A DNA stretch of 64,000 nt, taken from contig OX597818.1 of the NCBI GenBank assembly GCA_951406725.2, positions 49,724,001 to 49,788,000 on the forward strand, written 5' to 3'. This document shows positions 12,077 to 25,385 of this stretch, piece after piece. Made by a program: the position numbers and the translations under genes. The notes below the pieces were generated by a model. It was not told the origin of the DNA and did no database searches. It saw only the letters and a program-made list of their open reading frames with translations. How positions within the stretch are numbered: the first letter of the stretch is position 1; each line of letters opens with the position of its first letter. Origin of the DNA: Octopus vulgaris (taxonomy: Eukaryota).

Positions 12077-12435
12077 GCCTCGTCTGGCACCTGTGTCGGT
12101 GGCACATAAAAAACACCATCCGAGCGTGGCCGTTCGCCAGCCTCGTCTGGCACCTGTGTCGGTGGCACATAAAATCACCCACTACACTCTCGGAGTGGTT
12201 GGCGTTAGGAAGGGCATCCAGCTGTAGAAACACTGCCAGATCTGACTGGCCTGGTGCAGCCTTCAGGCTCCCCAGACCCCAGTTGAACTGTCCAACCCAT
12301 GCTAGCATGGAAAATGGACGCTAAATGAATGATGATATATATATATATATATATATAAATTAACATCTAATGTAGGATTAAATTTTTCGAAAAAAATTCT
12401 ATCAATGGCCAGCAAATTAAAAAATACTTTTATAT

Positions 12436-14552
12436 GATTGATTGATTGATTCTAGTTTCAGCTTATGAGCTGTGGCCATGCTGGGGCACCGCCATTTGGT
12501 GTTGCTACTTGGTTTCACTTCATGAAGGCTTTCTAGCAACTGCTATTTGGTGCATGAGAGAGTTCGATGCAGCTGCCCTCATCTGCCCCTCCTGCCGTAA
12601 AGTTGGTTCATCTGGGACACCTGACAGGAAGAGATCCAGCTTCATTTTAAAGACATCTGTATCCACCCCATGCAGGTCTCTCAGGTTCTTCGGGAGGATA
12701 TTGAAGAGCTGTGGGCCTCGGAAGCCCAGGCTATCACAGAATCTTGTCCTACATCTTGATGGCAAGTTTGGAGTCCTAGGCACCACGCAGTGGCGCCCAG
12801 TTCTGGCATTTGCGTAACTCTCGATGCCAAAGTTCAGGACACTTCCCTCCAGGATCTTCCAGATGTATATTATGGCATATCTTTCCCGCCTACGCTCCAA
12901 GGAATATAATTTTAATCTCTTGAGTCTTTCCCAGTAGCTTACATTCTGCATAGAGGCTATCTTCTTCGTGTAGCTACGTTGGATCGCCTCGAGCTCTGTG
13001 ATCGACTTGACACTGGATGGTGACCATAACTGAGAGCAGTAGTCAAAGTGGCTTAGGACAAGTATCCTCCAGAGGACCATCATGGTTTCTTGTTCTCTTG
13101 TTCTAAAGGTTCTGAGGATCCATCCGGCCAGTCGTCTACATTTCATTGCCAATTTAGCAACATGTACACGAAAGGTCGCGTCATCACTCATGTAAATACC
13201 TAGGTCACGCACTGATTGTGCCTCTGGGATTGCTATTCCTCCGGGTCCAGTGTATTCATTGGTATTGCATTTAGTTTTGCATGCTGATAGTATAGAGCTT
13301 GAAACTTTTCAGCATTGAACTGCATGCTATTCTTTTTCGGCCCACTTGTATATTTTGTCTAGCTCACATTGCAGGTGTTTAGTGTCCTCAGGGTTCTGTA
13401 TTGCCTGTGAAACTTTTGTATCATCTGCATAACTTGTGATCGTGGCTCTCTGCGTGGCTGAGGGCATGTCTGAGAGGGCCATTATGAACAGTAGTGGTCC
13501 CAGAACAGTGCCCTGCGGAACACCGCTCACTATTTGCGTGTTAATGGAAGTGGCCCCATTGGCCACTACCACCTGACTTCTATCTTTCAGAAAGTCATGA
13601 AGCCATTCTCCCAGTTTTCCAACTATGTTGAGATCACGCAGTTTGTGACATATCATTCCATGATCGACTTTATCAAAGGCCTTTGCAAAGTCGAGATATA
13701 TCACTTCCACATTTGAGTGGTTGAGCAGCCGTTTCAGCACCCAGTCATAGTGTTGTAGGAGCTGAGTTAAACAGCTTCTCCCTGGTCGGAAACCATGTTG
13801 GGTGTCGGGCAGCAAGTCATTTTCTTCAAGGAAGGTGATCAGCTTCCTTCTGACTATTCGTTCCATGACCTTGCTGATGTGTGAGGTCAGAGAGATAGGT
13901 CTATAGTTCTTGGCTTCCGCTCTGCTACCTCCTTTATGAATGGGGCATATTTTACCTTCCTTCAGTTTTCTTGGAAGTTTGCCAGCTGCAAGGAAGCTCT
14001 GAAAGAGGAACTGCAGTGGTCTTGCTAGGACTCTCTTACATGCTTTTAGGAGGATTGCCGGGAATCCATCGGGGCCAGTAGCTGAGTCTGTTTTCATTTC
14101 ATCTATAGCCTTGATTACATCGTCTTCCTTTATATCGATGTAATCTATCGTCACCGCCTCTGATTTTATATCTGCAGTGGTAAAAAAGTCAGTTGGATTG
14201 GTGATTTGGAGATGCCCAAGGGGTGGAGTGAAAACACTCTTGAATTGCTCATTCAGTATTTCACTTACCCTCATTGGTTTTCCTGTAAGTGTGCCATCCT
14301 TTTCGAGGAGTGGCCCTATTCTACAGTGCACCGTAGCTGTTTCTTTGGCATACCTGTAGAAAGCTCTGGGGTTAGATTTTATGTTGTCTATAGCCCAGGC
14401 TTCTTTGTCTGCTCTTTCCTTTTCATGGGAGAGTTGCAGACATTTTTCGATTTCCAACAGTTTTATTTTTAGGCGGGACTTTTCACTGCTTTCAATCTGT
14501 TTGTTTAGGCGATTTGAAAATTTTGTACGCCGTCTCATTAGAATTTTCCTCT
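12436..14552 (-). mobile_element. 5'-truncated, relatively young CR1-group LINE (RT domain and C-terminus) with (ATCA)n tail
   Basis: ORFs 13327-14679 and 12520-13212 contain NYRPISLTS, QHGFRPGRSC, YLDFAKAFDKVDH, GVPQGTVLGPLLF, YADD, RDLGI and LERRRERY. Frameshifts occur near 13260-13335, and the tail gattgattgatt is at 12436. Confidence 0.9.
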
Positions 14553-14566
14553 CTCTATACTTATAT

Positions 14567-14628
<62 letters not shown>

Positions 14629-15155
14629 GTATATATATATGTATATAATTATCGCCATCAAATGAAGCATGTGCTTCACTCAGTTCTTAGTGTTTCTTGT
14701 TGCAGTCTTTCAAATGACAATAGATTTGAATGACAAAATTGTTGATGCTGGAAGTTAATCAATTGTGTAATTTACATTGATCACACCACACTGTGTGGTA
14801 TTTCCCATTGTGTTTACGGAAGTAGTTTCTGTGAGATAAGCGCATTAACATTGTTTAGGGAAGGAAATATTTATTTCTGCCACTTCACTGAGTAATTCAA
14901 TGCAATTAAACAACATGATTCATCCCAACTGAATTTTGAAAGTTTTAAAAGAAATTTATTTCTTTACTCTTTTACTTGTTTCAGTCATTTGACTGTGGCC
15001 ATGCTGGAGCACTGCCTTTAGTCGAGCAAATCGACCCCAGGACTTATTCTTTGTAAGCCTAGAACTTATTCTAAGTTACGGGGATATAAACACACCAGCA
15101 TCGGTTGTCAAGCGATGTTGGGGGGACAAACACAGACACACAAACATATACACAC

Positions 15156-15228
<73 letters not shown>

Positions 15229-15308
15229 AGCTGGTTCATCTGAAGCGACAAGTACGCCGATGGGTAAAGTTCCTTCTTTTTAGTGTTTCCAAATCCAAAT
15301 TAAGAAAT

Positions 15309-15371
15309 TTTGAGCTGACGATAGAAATGCTGATTTTATTTGGCTAATCTTGAAACGTTGACGTACTCAAA
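15309..15371 (+). ncRNA. Minimal type I hammerhead ribozyme candidate within a (TA)n-flanked insert (15227-15649)
   Basis: tttgag CTGACGA [30-nt stem II] GAA ACGT tg ACGT A ctcaaa. Stem I is a perfect 6 bp, the core is intact and the triplet is GUA. Confidence 0.7.
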
Positions 15372-16119
15372 CGATCTATGTACTTGTGATATTTTTCTGT
15401 ATTTACCTCCAAACCTTCGTGAGCTGTCTGGAGTAAACATTATCTGAGAGAAATTTTCTTTAAGTAGTAGAAACGGCTAAAAAACTTTTTTGGCTGCTAT
15501 TTCTACCAAGTTCAGTATGTGGCAAAGTAATTTATTTTACTAAGCCCTAATTATATAATGTAATATTTTGAATTCGCCTTAAATGGTCCTTTTACATACT
15601 GAACACTTGGTGAAATTGATTGATTAATTAATTTTACCCTCAATTGTTGATATATATATATATATATAACTGGTACTTAATTTATCAACCATGAAAGCAT
15701 GAAAGGCAAAGTCGACTTCGGCAGAATTTGAACTCAGAACATAAAGACAGATGAAATACTGCTAAGCATTTCCCCCGACATGCTAACGTTTGTCAGCTCA
15801 CTGCCTTTTGAAGCATTTATATTAATTGTGACTTTGTTTATGGCTCAAATAATCTTTCCCAGAAGCTTGTTTCACACCATTAAAAAAGAATCCATAAAAA
15901 GTACCTGTGTCGGGTTTCAATTAGGAAGAGAATTGTACACAAATGAGTTGCTTTTCTCAATCCTTCACTGTTCAACTTGTGACAATTGAAATCTGCTTTA
16001 AATGTGTGTAGACTAATGATGAACTGACATGGAATGTCATGACTGTTATTTGACTGAAATCAGTATAGCAAAGGTAGGTTTAGTCTGTGAAATACTATTA
16101 TGAAATATTTGGTGAAGCA

Positions 16120-16780
16120 TGACCGGATGAGGTGGTGAAGCATGACCGGATGAGTTGGTGAAGCATGACCTTTGAGCATTGGGCCTCACCGAGGCAATGA
16201 CTAGTGACCAGGACCTCTGGAAATATGCTGTGCTTGAGAAGACTTGACAAGCACAAGTGAGACCATGACCTTGTGGCCTATGCCAGGGGTGTAACCAGCC
16301 CACTTATGCATGCCTTTCCTTCATTGGAAACTAAACTCTGCTTGCAAAAACCTGTTGAGGCAAGTGAAATTGAAATCGAAATCAAATTCGATGACTGGCA
16401 TCTGTGCTAGTGAAGCATTAAGAGTACCATATGAGTGAGATCGTTGCCAGAGCAACAAGCTGGCCTCCGAGCCGATGGCATGTAAAAAACACCATTCTGA
16501 GTTCAATTCCCACTGGACTGGCTCCTGTGCAGGTGGCAAATAAAAACACCATTTGAGCATGGCCGTTGCCAGTACTGCCTGGCTGGCCCTCGTACCAGTG
16601 GCTCATAAAAGCACCCACTACACTTTCGGAGTGGTTGGTATTAGGAAGGTCATCCAGCTGTAGAAACTCTGCCAGATCAGATTGGAGCCTGGTGCAGCCA
16701 TCTGGTTTGCCAGTCCTCAGTCAAATCGTCCAACCCATGCTAGCATGGAAAACGGACGTTAAACAAGGATGATGATGATG
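16120..16780 (+). mobile_element. RTE LINE ORF C-terminus plus complete 3' UTR
   Basis: DEVVKHD..ALGLTEAMTSDQDLWKYAVLEKT* is followed by a UTR with internal ~66-bp units and a (GAT)n tail. A similar copy lies at 38228-38870. Confidence 0.8.
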
Positions 16781-17039
16781 TTAACCATCAAAACTTATGC
16801 AGCATGAGCATCTATCTACAAATCTAAATCTATCAAGGTCCCTTACTGTACAGAAAAATGGAAAAATTGTTGTTGAAAATTCTAAATTATCTTATTTTTT
16901 AAAGAAATTTTTCAGAGCTTCTTTGTTATTTTAAATAATCCAAAATTGTGAATTAAAACACAAAAATAAAGGCTATTTTGATATAACTTCCATACACAAC
17001 ACTCCAATTGTATTGTGTCAGTTGGTTTACATATTACTC

Positions 17040-17438
17040 CTTTACTCTTATACTCTTTTACTTGTTTCAGTCATTTGACCGTGGCCATGCTGGAGCACCG
17101 CCTTTAGTCAAGCAAATCGACTCCAGGACTTATTCTTTGTAAGCATAGTACTTATTCTATTGGTCTGTTTTACTGAACCACTAAGTTACGGGGACGTAAA
17201 CATACCAGCATCGGTTGTCAAGCGATGTTGGGGGTACAAACACAGACACACAAACATACACACACACACACACATATATATATGACGAGGGATTTTTTCA
17301 GTTTCTGTCAACCAAATCCACTCACAAGGCTTTGGTCGGCCAGAGGCTATAGTGGAAGATTCTTGCCCAAGGCGCCACACAATAGGACTGAACCCGGAAC
17401 CATGTGGTTGGTAAGCAAGCTACTTACCACACAGCCAC
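17040..17438 (-). mobile_element. CORE-like SINE
   Basis: Reverse complement of the family at 11468. Confidence 0.8.
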
Positions 17439-17462
17439 AGAGAGGGAGAGGGAGAGAGAGAG

Positions 17463-17517
<55 letters not shown>

Positions 17518-17756
17518 AAAAACAGAAAGAAAGAAAGAAAGAGGCAGAAAAAGTGAGAGAGAGAATCATTATTATTTTCTATTTTCCTTTTTAATGTTCA
17601 CTCAACTGAAACGAATTAAATTTAGAATGCTAACATTAGAAGATAATGGAATTATCTACAGTGGAATTGAATATGGGTAATGGACGTGGGAACTTTTCAC
17701 CATTCTTTATCTCTCTCTCTTTGTATCTCCTCCTCCCCCTCTCTCTGTGTATGTGT

Positions 17757-17805
<49 letters not shown>

Positions 17806-18559
17806 AATGCACACACACAGTGTTTGAAGTGGTGTACAGATATTGTATATTGAGAAAAAGGAGGCATTCAAAATTTTGGATCAATTTTGATTTTGTCTTG
17901 ACGAGTTCGTAAACGAACGAAAACGCTAATAAATGATTATCCAAAATTCTGACTACCTCCCTTTTTCTCAATACACACACCCTCCCATACACACACACAC
18001 ACATGTACGTACGTACGTATGTATATACGATATACGCATACGTATATATTTGTGTATATGTGTAGAGTGTTAGGTGTGATGTACAGATTTGAATATTGAG
18101 AAAAAGTCGTCAGAATTTTGGAAAGAACTTATTTTATTATTACATCTTCATTTGTGTCTATGTATATACGTTTTAATAAGTAAAGTTGTTGCCGATGTCT
18201 GTCTATTTAAATATCTTGATGTTGACTATTTTATTCCATCTTGTATATTGTTAGTTCAATCTATTGTGTTTTACGTTGGGTTTTTTTAATACCCTGCATT
18301 GACACAGTATTGAACACAAGATGGACAATTGTTCCTATTGCGACATCCATTCTTTCACAATTTAAATTTAAGAGTAAAAAAAAAGAATGAAAAAAAAGCG
18401 GATGTCGAGAACCACTTTCCAGCAGACGAGATCTTGTCTCACACAAATTTGAAACCATGTACTGACGAAGTTTCTGAAATTCCAAATAGGAGAATGATTT
18501 AATCCTTTGAATTTGTAAAATTAAGGATTATTTTTCTGAGCACTAACATGTTCTAGGCG

Positions 18560-19065
18560 GGTTCTTCTGCTCTTCTAATTCAATCCTGCCATATTCTGAA
18601 CGCCTTACTTCCTTGGGCATGGACACATTGAAACTCCAACGTCTGGCATCTGACTTAGCAGACACCCATAAAATTATTAACCATCTTACTAACAATAACT
18701 CTGAGAACCTTTTCAAACTCCACCTGTCTAACACCCGTGGACATGTTTACAAAGTCAGAAAACAGCACAGCTCCCATGACTTTCAAAAATATTTTTTCAC
18801 GCTAAGAGTTGCTGAAGCATGGAACAAACTGCCAGCATCAGTTGTTAGTTGTCGGAGCACTGCATCCTTCAGAATTTCCATGCTTCCTGAGATTCGCCAA
18901 CACTACACCTGATTCTCTCCCCTCCATACACATACAAGCATGTATCTGACTCATACACTGCTCACTTTCCAGACATTTGTACATTACTGCATATGCTTTA
19001 TACGCACTTTTGACAAGTTGTGGTGCACCTGAGCACTGTATACAATAATTTCATTATCATTATTA
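18560..19065 (+). mobile_element. CR1-group LINE 3' fragment
   Basis: NTRGHVYKVRKQHSSHDFQKYFFTLRVAEAWNKLPASVV; ends in an (ATT)n-like tail. Confidence 0.8.
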
Positions 19066-20016
19066 TATTAAAATATTTCCCATCTCTGTTCTAAAGGTTT
19101 CGTGTTTTTTTTTTCGTTCTTTTAGAAAATAGAAGTTATCTCCCTTACATCTGCCTGTCTGAAGGCACGTTTTATGTCCTTTGACCTACTGTTAAAACCA
19201 TGGACCAGAGAGCCAACGGTAACAGCAACCACAGACCATTGTGCACCTACAAGAAACTACAATACCAGCCAACATTCCTTCAAATCACATCCTATCGCCT
19301 TAACAAGGAAGGACACATTTCATCAGAAGTCTGTCCCTGGTTTTTGGCTATTCAAAGAGAGGCCGAAAGGTATTTTACTAAATACACACACTCGAAATTT
19401 ATAGCAGATCTCGAGATACAACAGTTTTAACAGTCCGCAACACCATTGAGGCCTGTTTTGTGTTTTACTAAGTTAGTTTTTACTGCTAAACCCATTATAT
19501 CGATGAATAGATCTCGTTGAGATCTTTCTTTTGCACCATTAATTATTTTTCTCTCACCTCCAGATCAAAAGTTATGGAAAGAAATGAAGAAAAGGCCCAA
19601 GTTGAAGATCATTTTTTGAAGCGAAACAAATGACAGGGAAATGTCAATTATGTTAACATCTGCTGAGCAGCTGATTTCCACAACTGTACACAGTTTCATT
19701 TTTCTGTCCCAAAAAACTACGTCAGGTCTACTGTTTACATTTTATTGAGGCTTTCAGTGGGACCTTTCACCAGTACTCCTTCATGCATGCACGTATGTAT
19801 GCATGCCTGCTTGCATGCATCTATATATGTTTTCTTGTTTTATTTTTTGAATTTTGTCTGATCCACGCAAGCATGGAAATAGGGGTGATAAAATGAAACA
19901 AAACAATATGTACTAGAAAACATTTAACCAAAACTCCAAGTGGTGGAACTGGAAGTGAAACCACTTGAAAATAAAACAAAATTTGTAACCCCACAGACAT
20001 GTCTCTACTTATATAT

Positions 20017-20400
20017 ACTCTTTTACTCTTTTACTTGTTTCAGTCATTTGACTGCGGCCATGCTGGAGTACTGCCTTTAGTCGAATCAAATCGACCCCGG
20101 GACTTATTCTTTGTAAGCCCAGTACTTATTCTATCGGTCTCTTTTGCCGAACCACTAAGTGACGGGGATGTAAACACACCAGCATCGGTTGTCAAGCAAT
20201 GCTAGGGGGACAAACACAGACACACACATACATATATAACAGGCTTCTTTCAGTTTCCGTCTACCAAATCCACTCACAAGGCATTGGTCGGCCCGGGGCT
20301 ATAGCAGAAGACACTTGCCCAAGGTTCCACGCAGTGGGACTGAACCCGGAACCATGTGGTTGGTTAGCAAGCTACTTACCACACAGCCACTCCTGCACCT
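20017..20400 (-). mobile_element. CORE-like SINE, full length
   Basis: Reverse complement of the 59053-59452 copy. Confidence 0.85.
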
Positions 20401-21354
20401 ATACTAAAACAATTAAAGACAAAAACATATTTATTCATACAATGTAATCTTTTATAAATAAAATCAAAGATCACTTAATTTTTATTGAACATTTACATCT
20501 TTTCCATAAATATTTGTAAATATTTCTTCTAATTACTTATTTGCTACTGTTTTGTTGAAACATAATCTTGTTGCTTATGTTTAAAGAATATTTAATGTTT
20601 ACATTGTAATTTTACATGATGCTTAATTATAATTAGTTTTTTTCAAATGTATTTCACAGAATCCGTGCTAGTACAGCGCTAAGAGCACCATACGAGCGTG
20701 GTCATTGCCAAAGCATCAAGCTGGCCTTCATGCCGGTGGCACGTAAAAAACACCATTCGAGCGTGATCGTTACCTGCGTCACCTTACTGGCACTTGTGCT
20801 GGTGGCATATGAAAAAACATTCGAGCGAGGTCATTGCCACTGCCGCTGGACTGGCTCCTGTGCAGATGGCACATAAAAAGCACCATTTGAGTGTGGTTGT
20901 TGCCATAACTGCCAGAGTGGCCCTTGTGCCGGTGGCATGTAAAAGCACCCACTACAGTCTCAGAGTGGTTGGCGTTAGCAAGGGCATCCAGCTGTAGAAA
21001 CTCTGCCGGATCAAGATTGGAGCCTGGTGCAGCCATCTGGCTCACCAGTCCTCAGTCAAATCGTCCAACCCATCCTAGCATGGAAAGCAGACGTTAAACG
21101 ACGATGACGACGACGACGATGATGATGATGATGATGATGATGACATCTCTGTTATGATGAAATGGCCAAAAACTAATTATTATAATTTACTGATGTAATA
21201 TTCTGGTGGACCTTCATAGCCATTCAATGTTAAAAACTAGTTTTATAGATACTTCTCTTAGTTGTTTCCGTCATTTGACTGCAGCCATGCTGGAGCACCA
21301 CGTTTAATCGAGTGCATCAAAAGTTTAAAAGAACAAGGAGTGCTGAACTAGTAG

Positions 21355-22300
21355 TAATATAATAATAATAATGAAATTATTGTATACAGTGCTCAGGTGC
21401 ACCACAACTTGTCAAAAGTGTGTATAAAGCATATGCAGTAATGTACAAATGTCTGGAAAGTGAACAGTGTATGAGTCAGATACATGCTTGTGTATGTATG
21501 GAGGGGAGAAAATCAGGTGTAGTGTTGGCGAATCTCAGGAAGCATGGAAGTTCTGAAGGATGCAATGCTCCGACAACTAACAACAGAAGCCGGCAGTTTG
21601 TTCCATACTTCAGCAACTCTTAGCATGAAAAAATGTTTCTGAAAGTCATGGGAGCTGTGCTATTTTCTGAATTTGTAAACATGTCCACGGGTGGAGTTTG
21701 AAAAGGTGCTCAGAGTTATTGTTTGTAAGATGGTTAATAATTTTATGGGTGTCTGCCAAGTCAGCTGCCAGACGTCGGAGTTTCAATGTGTCCATGCCCA
21801 GGGAAGTAAGGCATTCAAAATATGGCAAATGCCTGATGGAGGGTATTCTCTTGGTTGCATGTCACTGAATGGTTTCCAGATGATTAATAGCCTTGGCAAG
21901 ATAGGGGTTCCAGACCGGTGATGCAAATTCCAGATGAGGTCACACCATAGCTATATAAAGCCTCAGATAGATAGCCGGAGAGTGGCTCACAAAGGACTTG
22001 GTAAGTGATGCTAAGACACCCTCAGCCTTCTTGGCAATGTTAGCAATGTGTTTTGTCCAATACAAATCGCTGTCGACAATAATGCCCAGGTCACGTTCAC
22101 AAGAAGACTTTTTGAGATTAGTGTTGTGGAGGGAGTAAGTAGACGCTGGGTTTTTCCTCCCAAAATGCATGATGGTACATTTGTCTACAGCCAACTTGAG
22201 TTGCCAGTCCATGATCCATTGCTGCATTGTGTCCAGGTCTGATTGCAATAAAGATCTATAATGTACAGGATCTGACCTCTTTATTTCGAGGTACAGCTTG
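21355..22300 (-). mobile_element. CR1-group LINE 3' fragment
   Basis: QSDLDTMQQWIMDWQLKLAVDKC..ERDLGIIVDSDL..LYIAMV continues into the same C-terminus and (AAT)n tail as the other copies. Confidence 0.8.
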
Positions 22301-23691
22301 ATGAGATGAGAACAGGGCTTCTGTAAACACTTGCTTGTAGTCTCAATACTTCTCTAAATTTGTCACCAGCCCTAAACTAAAGGCCCATTCCCCACGCTGC
22401 AGAGAGTAGGACCATGTCGAAATGACCTTCAGTTAATGAATGAAAATTTTGTGACTTTGTTATTACATAATAACTTTTCCTGTAGTTGTCCCTCTAGAAA
22501 TATGACCTGGTTACTGGTGAAGACACGTGACACAGTTAAGGTGTTCGGTTTACGATCATGAAGTCGCAGGTTCGATTCCTTGATTGGTTGGTGCGTTGTG
22601 TTCGAGAACAAGGTATTTCCTTTTATGTGGCTCCAGTCAACTGTAAATAGGTACAAGTTCGGTGTTGGTGCAGATCTCTCCTCCTACTATTTGTCACATC
22701 CAGGTAAGGGGGACGAGATGGCCTCTTTGTCTGCTTGGGACTACAAAGACACTTAAAACTGTCAGTGGAATCATAGTTTGCGTTGCCAAGTCATTCTCAA
22801 TCGAAAATGATGGCTGACTGTATAAATGCCAATATAAGGGAAACAACTTCGCTTTTGCTAATTTCAAATTTCCCAAAATTATCTCCCCTTGACTGATAGT
22901 TGCTTACAATTACTTAACCGGTTCAAATTTCGAGCGAGATTTCAGAGAATCTTCATGTATGCCAGTCAGTAGCTCTATTTCTATTTCTAATTGTCGACAG
23001 AATAAAATTTACTTCGTTGAGAATAATCGTTACTCTCAGTATTTAACTTTAAAAATCTGATCCACTCTACTTTGCATTATCTGATAGAGTTTCACAACCC
23101 TTAGAGTTTTTCCCAACTAACTGCATGAAAATTTGTAATCGTTCGAAGCTTTTCAACTCACTATATTACATTCGTAAAATCCCACTGCACTTATATTTAG
23201 TATGCAGGATGCTTCTTTGTAATATTGGCGCAAGTTGGGATATTAAGTAGACTAATACGTTTTCTTGAATTTGTTTTTGCGGGCTTACAACTTTAAGGGA
23301 AACAACTCTAAACATTCTGTTGTGCCTGGGGAGAGTCATTTTCTTTTTGTGCTTTATAATTTAACATACACACCGGTAAAATTTCCACTTATTTCTTATT
23401 TTTTACTGGTGAGTGTGTTAAATTATAAGGCATAAAAAGAAAATGACTCTCCCCAGACACAACAGAATATGCTTCAACACACGAACTCATATAAAGAATC
23501 TTGCAAACCAAATCTAAAAACGAAATAACTGTAAACGTTGACAACCATAAAAGTGAGCACCGTATCTGTCCGTGTACAATGAACACTGGAATATTAAACG
23601 CTACCAAATTTCAGCAGAACATATTCAGGAAAAAGATCGCCAGGAACAAAATTAGTGCGTATAGGACCCAGGGTATTTTTGAGACATTTTA

Positions 23692-25385
23692 GGTCCAGCC
23701 TTCTTAGGTCCAACCTTTCTCTCAAGGCACTAACACTCTGTCGAGTATACACACTGACATTACACATCCATCGGAGCATGCTGGCTTCATTCCTTGCGAG
23801 CTTACGCATGTCCTCAGCAGTCATGGCTGTTCATACAGTCTACCTTTTACTCTGAGCAAGAGGCCCTTTGTCACCAGCAGAGGTAAGAGCTCTCTGAACT
23901 TAGCCCAGGCTATTCTTATTCTAGCAGCTACACTTTCAGTGCACCCTCCCCTGCTACTGACTTGGTCACCTAGTTAACGGAAGCTATCAACTATTTCTAG
24001 TTTTTCTCCCTGGAATGTGGTGGAAGTTGTTCTCTGCACATTTTCAGTGTTTATTGCTCCTGAGCATTTGCCACATACAAAAACTATATTCCTAGTTAGC
24101 CTTCGTTTGATATTGCTGCACCTCTTATGTGTCCATAGATTACACTTGGTACATCTTATAGAGTTTCTACCTACGCCTTTTCTACAGATCGAGCAGGGTC
24201 ATCTACCTGAAGGGATTTGTGGTTTGCCTGCCTTCTTACTTATTAGAACTTTGATTTTAGCTAGGTTGACTCTAAGGCCCTTCAATTCTAATCCTTGTTT
24301 CCATACTTGAAACTTCTCCTCTAGTTCTGATAGTGACTCAGCAATTAGAGCAAGGTCATCAGCATAGAAGAGCTCCCAGGGGCATCCTGTCTTGAATTCC
24401 TCTGTTATTGCCTGGAGGACTATGATAAATAGGAAGGGGCTGAGGACTGAACCTTGGTGGACTCCTACCTCTACCCTGAATTCTTCACTGTACTCGGCCA
24501 ACCCTCACCTTACTGACAGCGTCCCTGTACATGGCTTGCACAGCTCTCACTAACCATTCGTCTATCCCTAGTTACCTCATTGACCACCAGATAAGGGATC
24601 GGGGGACCCTGTCAAAGGCTTTCTCCATGTCAACGAAAGCCAGGTACAGAGGTTTATCTTTGGCTAGGTATTTCTCCTGCAGCTGTCTTACCAGAAATAT
24701 AGCATCGGTGGTGCTTTTCCCTGGCACGAAGCCAAACTGCATCTCATCTAAACTGACTCTCTCCATGATCGTCATTACCTGATCCAACAGCTTGATACAT
24801 CTGTAATTATTTGTATCTAAAGCGTCACCTTTACCTTTGTAGCAGTTGACTATTATGCTGCTACACCAGTCATTGGGTATGACTCCTTCGTGTATCACCT
24901 GGTTAACTATACGGGTGACCAGGCTATAGCTGACACTGCCAGATATTTTGAGCATCTCTGCAGTAATTCCTGATGGGCCAGGGGGCTTTCCCTGTCTTCG
25001 TACTTTTAATTGCTTTATCTACCAAGGTACTGTCAACTCGGGTAGCTGGTCCTTCTGTTGGGTTGACATTCGGCAGACTCTCTTTCTCCCATTCATTTTT
25101 TTTATTTAGCAACCGTTCATAGTGGTGTCTCCAAACCTCTCTTTGCAGCCCCATTTAGTGCAAGAGAGTCATCATCCATGCGAACACATTTCTCTCCCAC
25201 AACATCACGATTCTCTCTCACACACTGTCTTGCAACACGAAATACCTCAAGTCTTTGGTCCTCATGGCACAGTACATTGGCAAATTTTTTCTTATCTGCT
25301 TACTCTCTGGCTAAATAAACCTGTCGCTTAGCTTCTCTTCTGGCAGTCCGATGCAATTCCCTGCTACCACCGTTCTTCCAAGCCT
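23692..25385 (-). mobile_element. Degraded RTE-clade LINE RT fragment
   Basis: QFGFVPGKSTTDAIF, AFVDMEKAFDRVPR, GVHQGSVLSPFLF, FYADDLAL and ARNEASMLRWMC, with frameshifts. Confidence 0.9.

Noticed and set aside
19170-19530. Possible Penelope GIY-YIG C-terminal relic plus an agatctc/gagatct hairpin
   Set aside because: The similarity is too weak by eye and needs a profile search.
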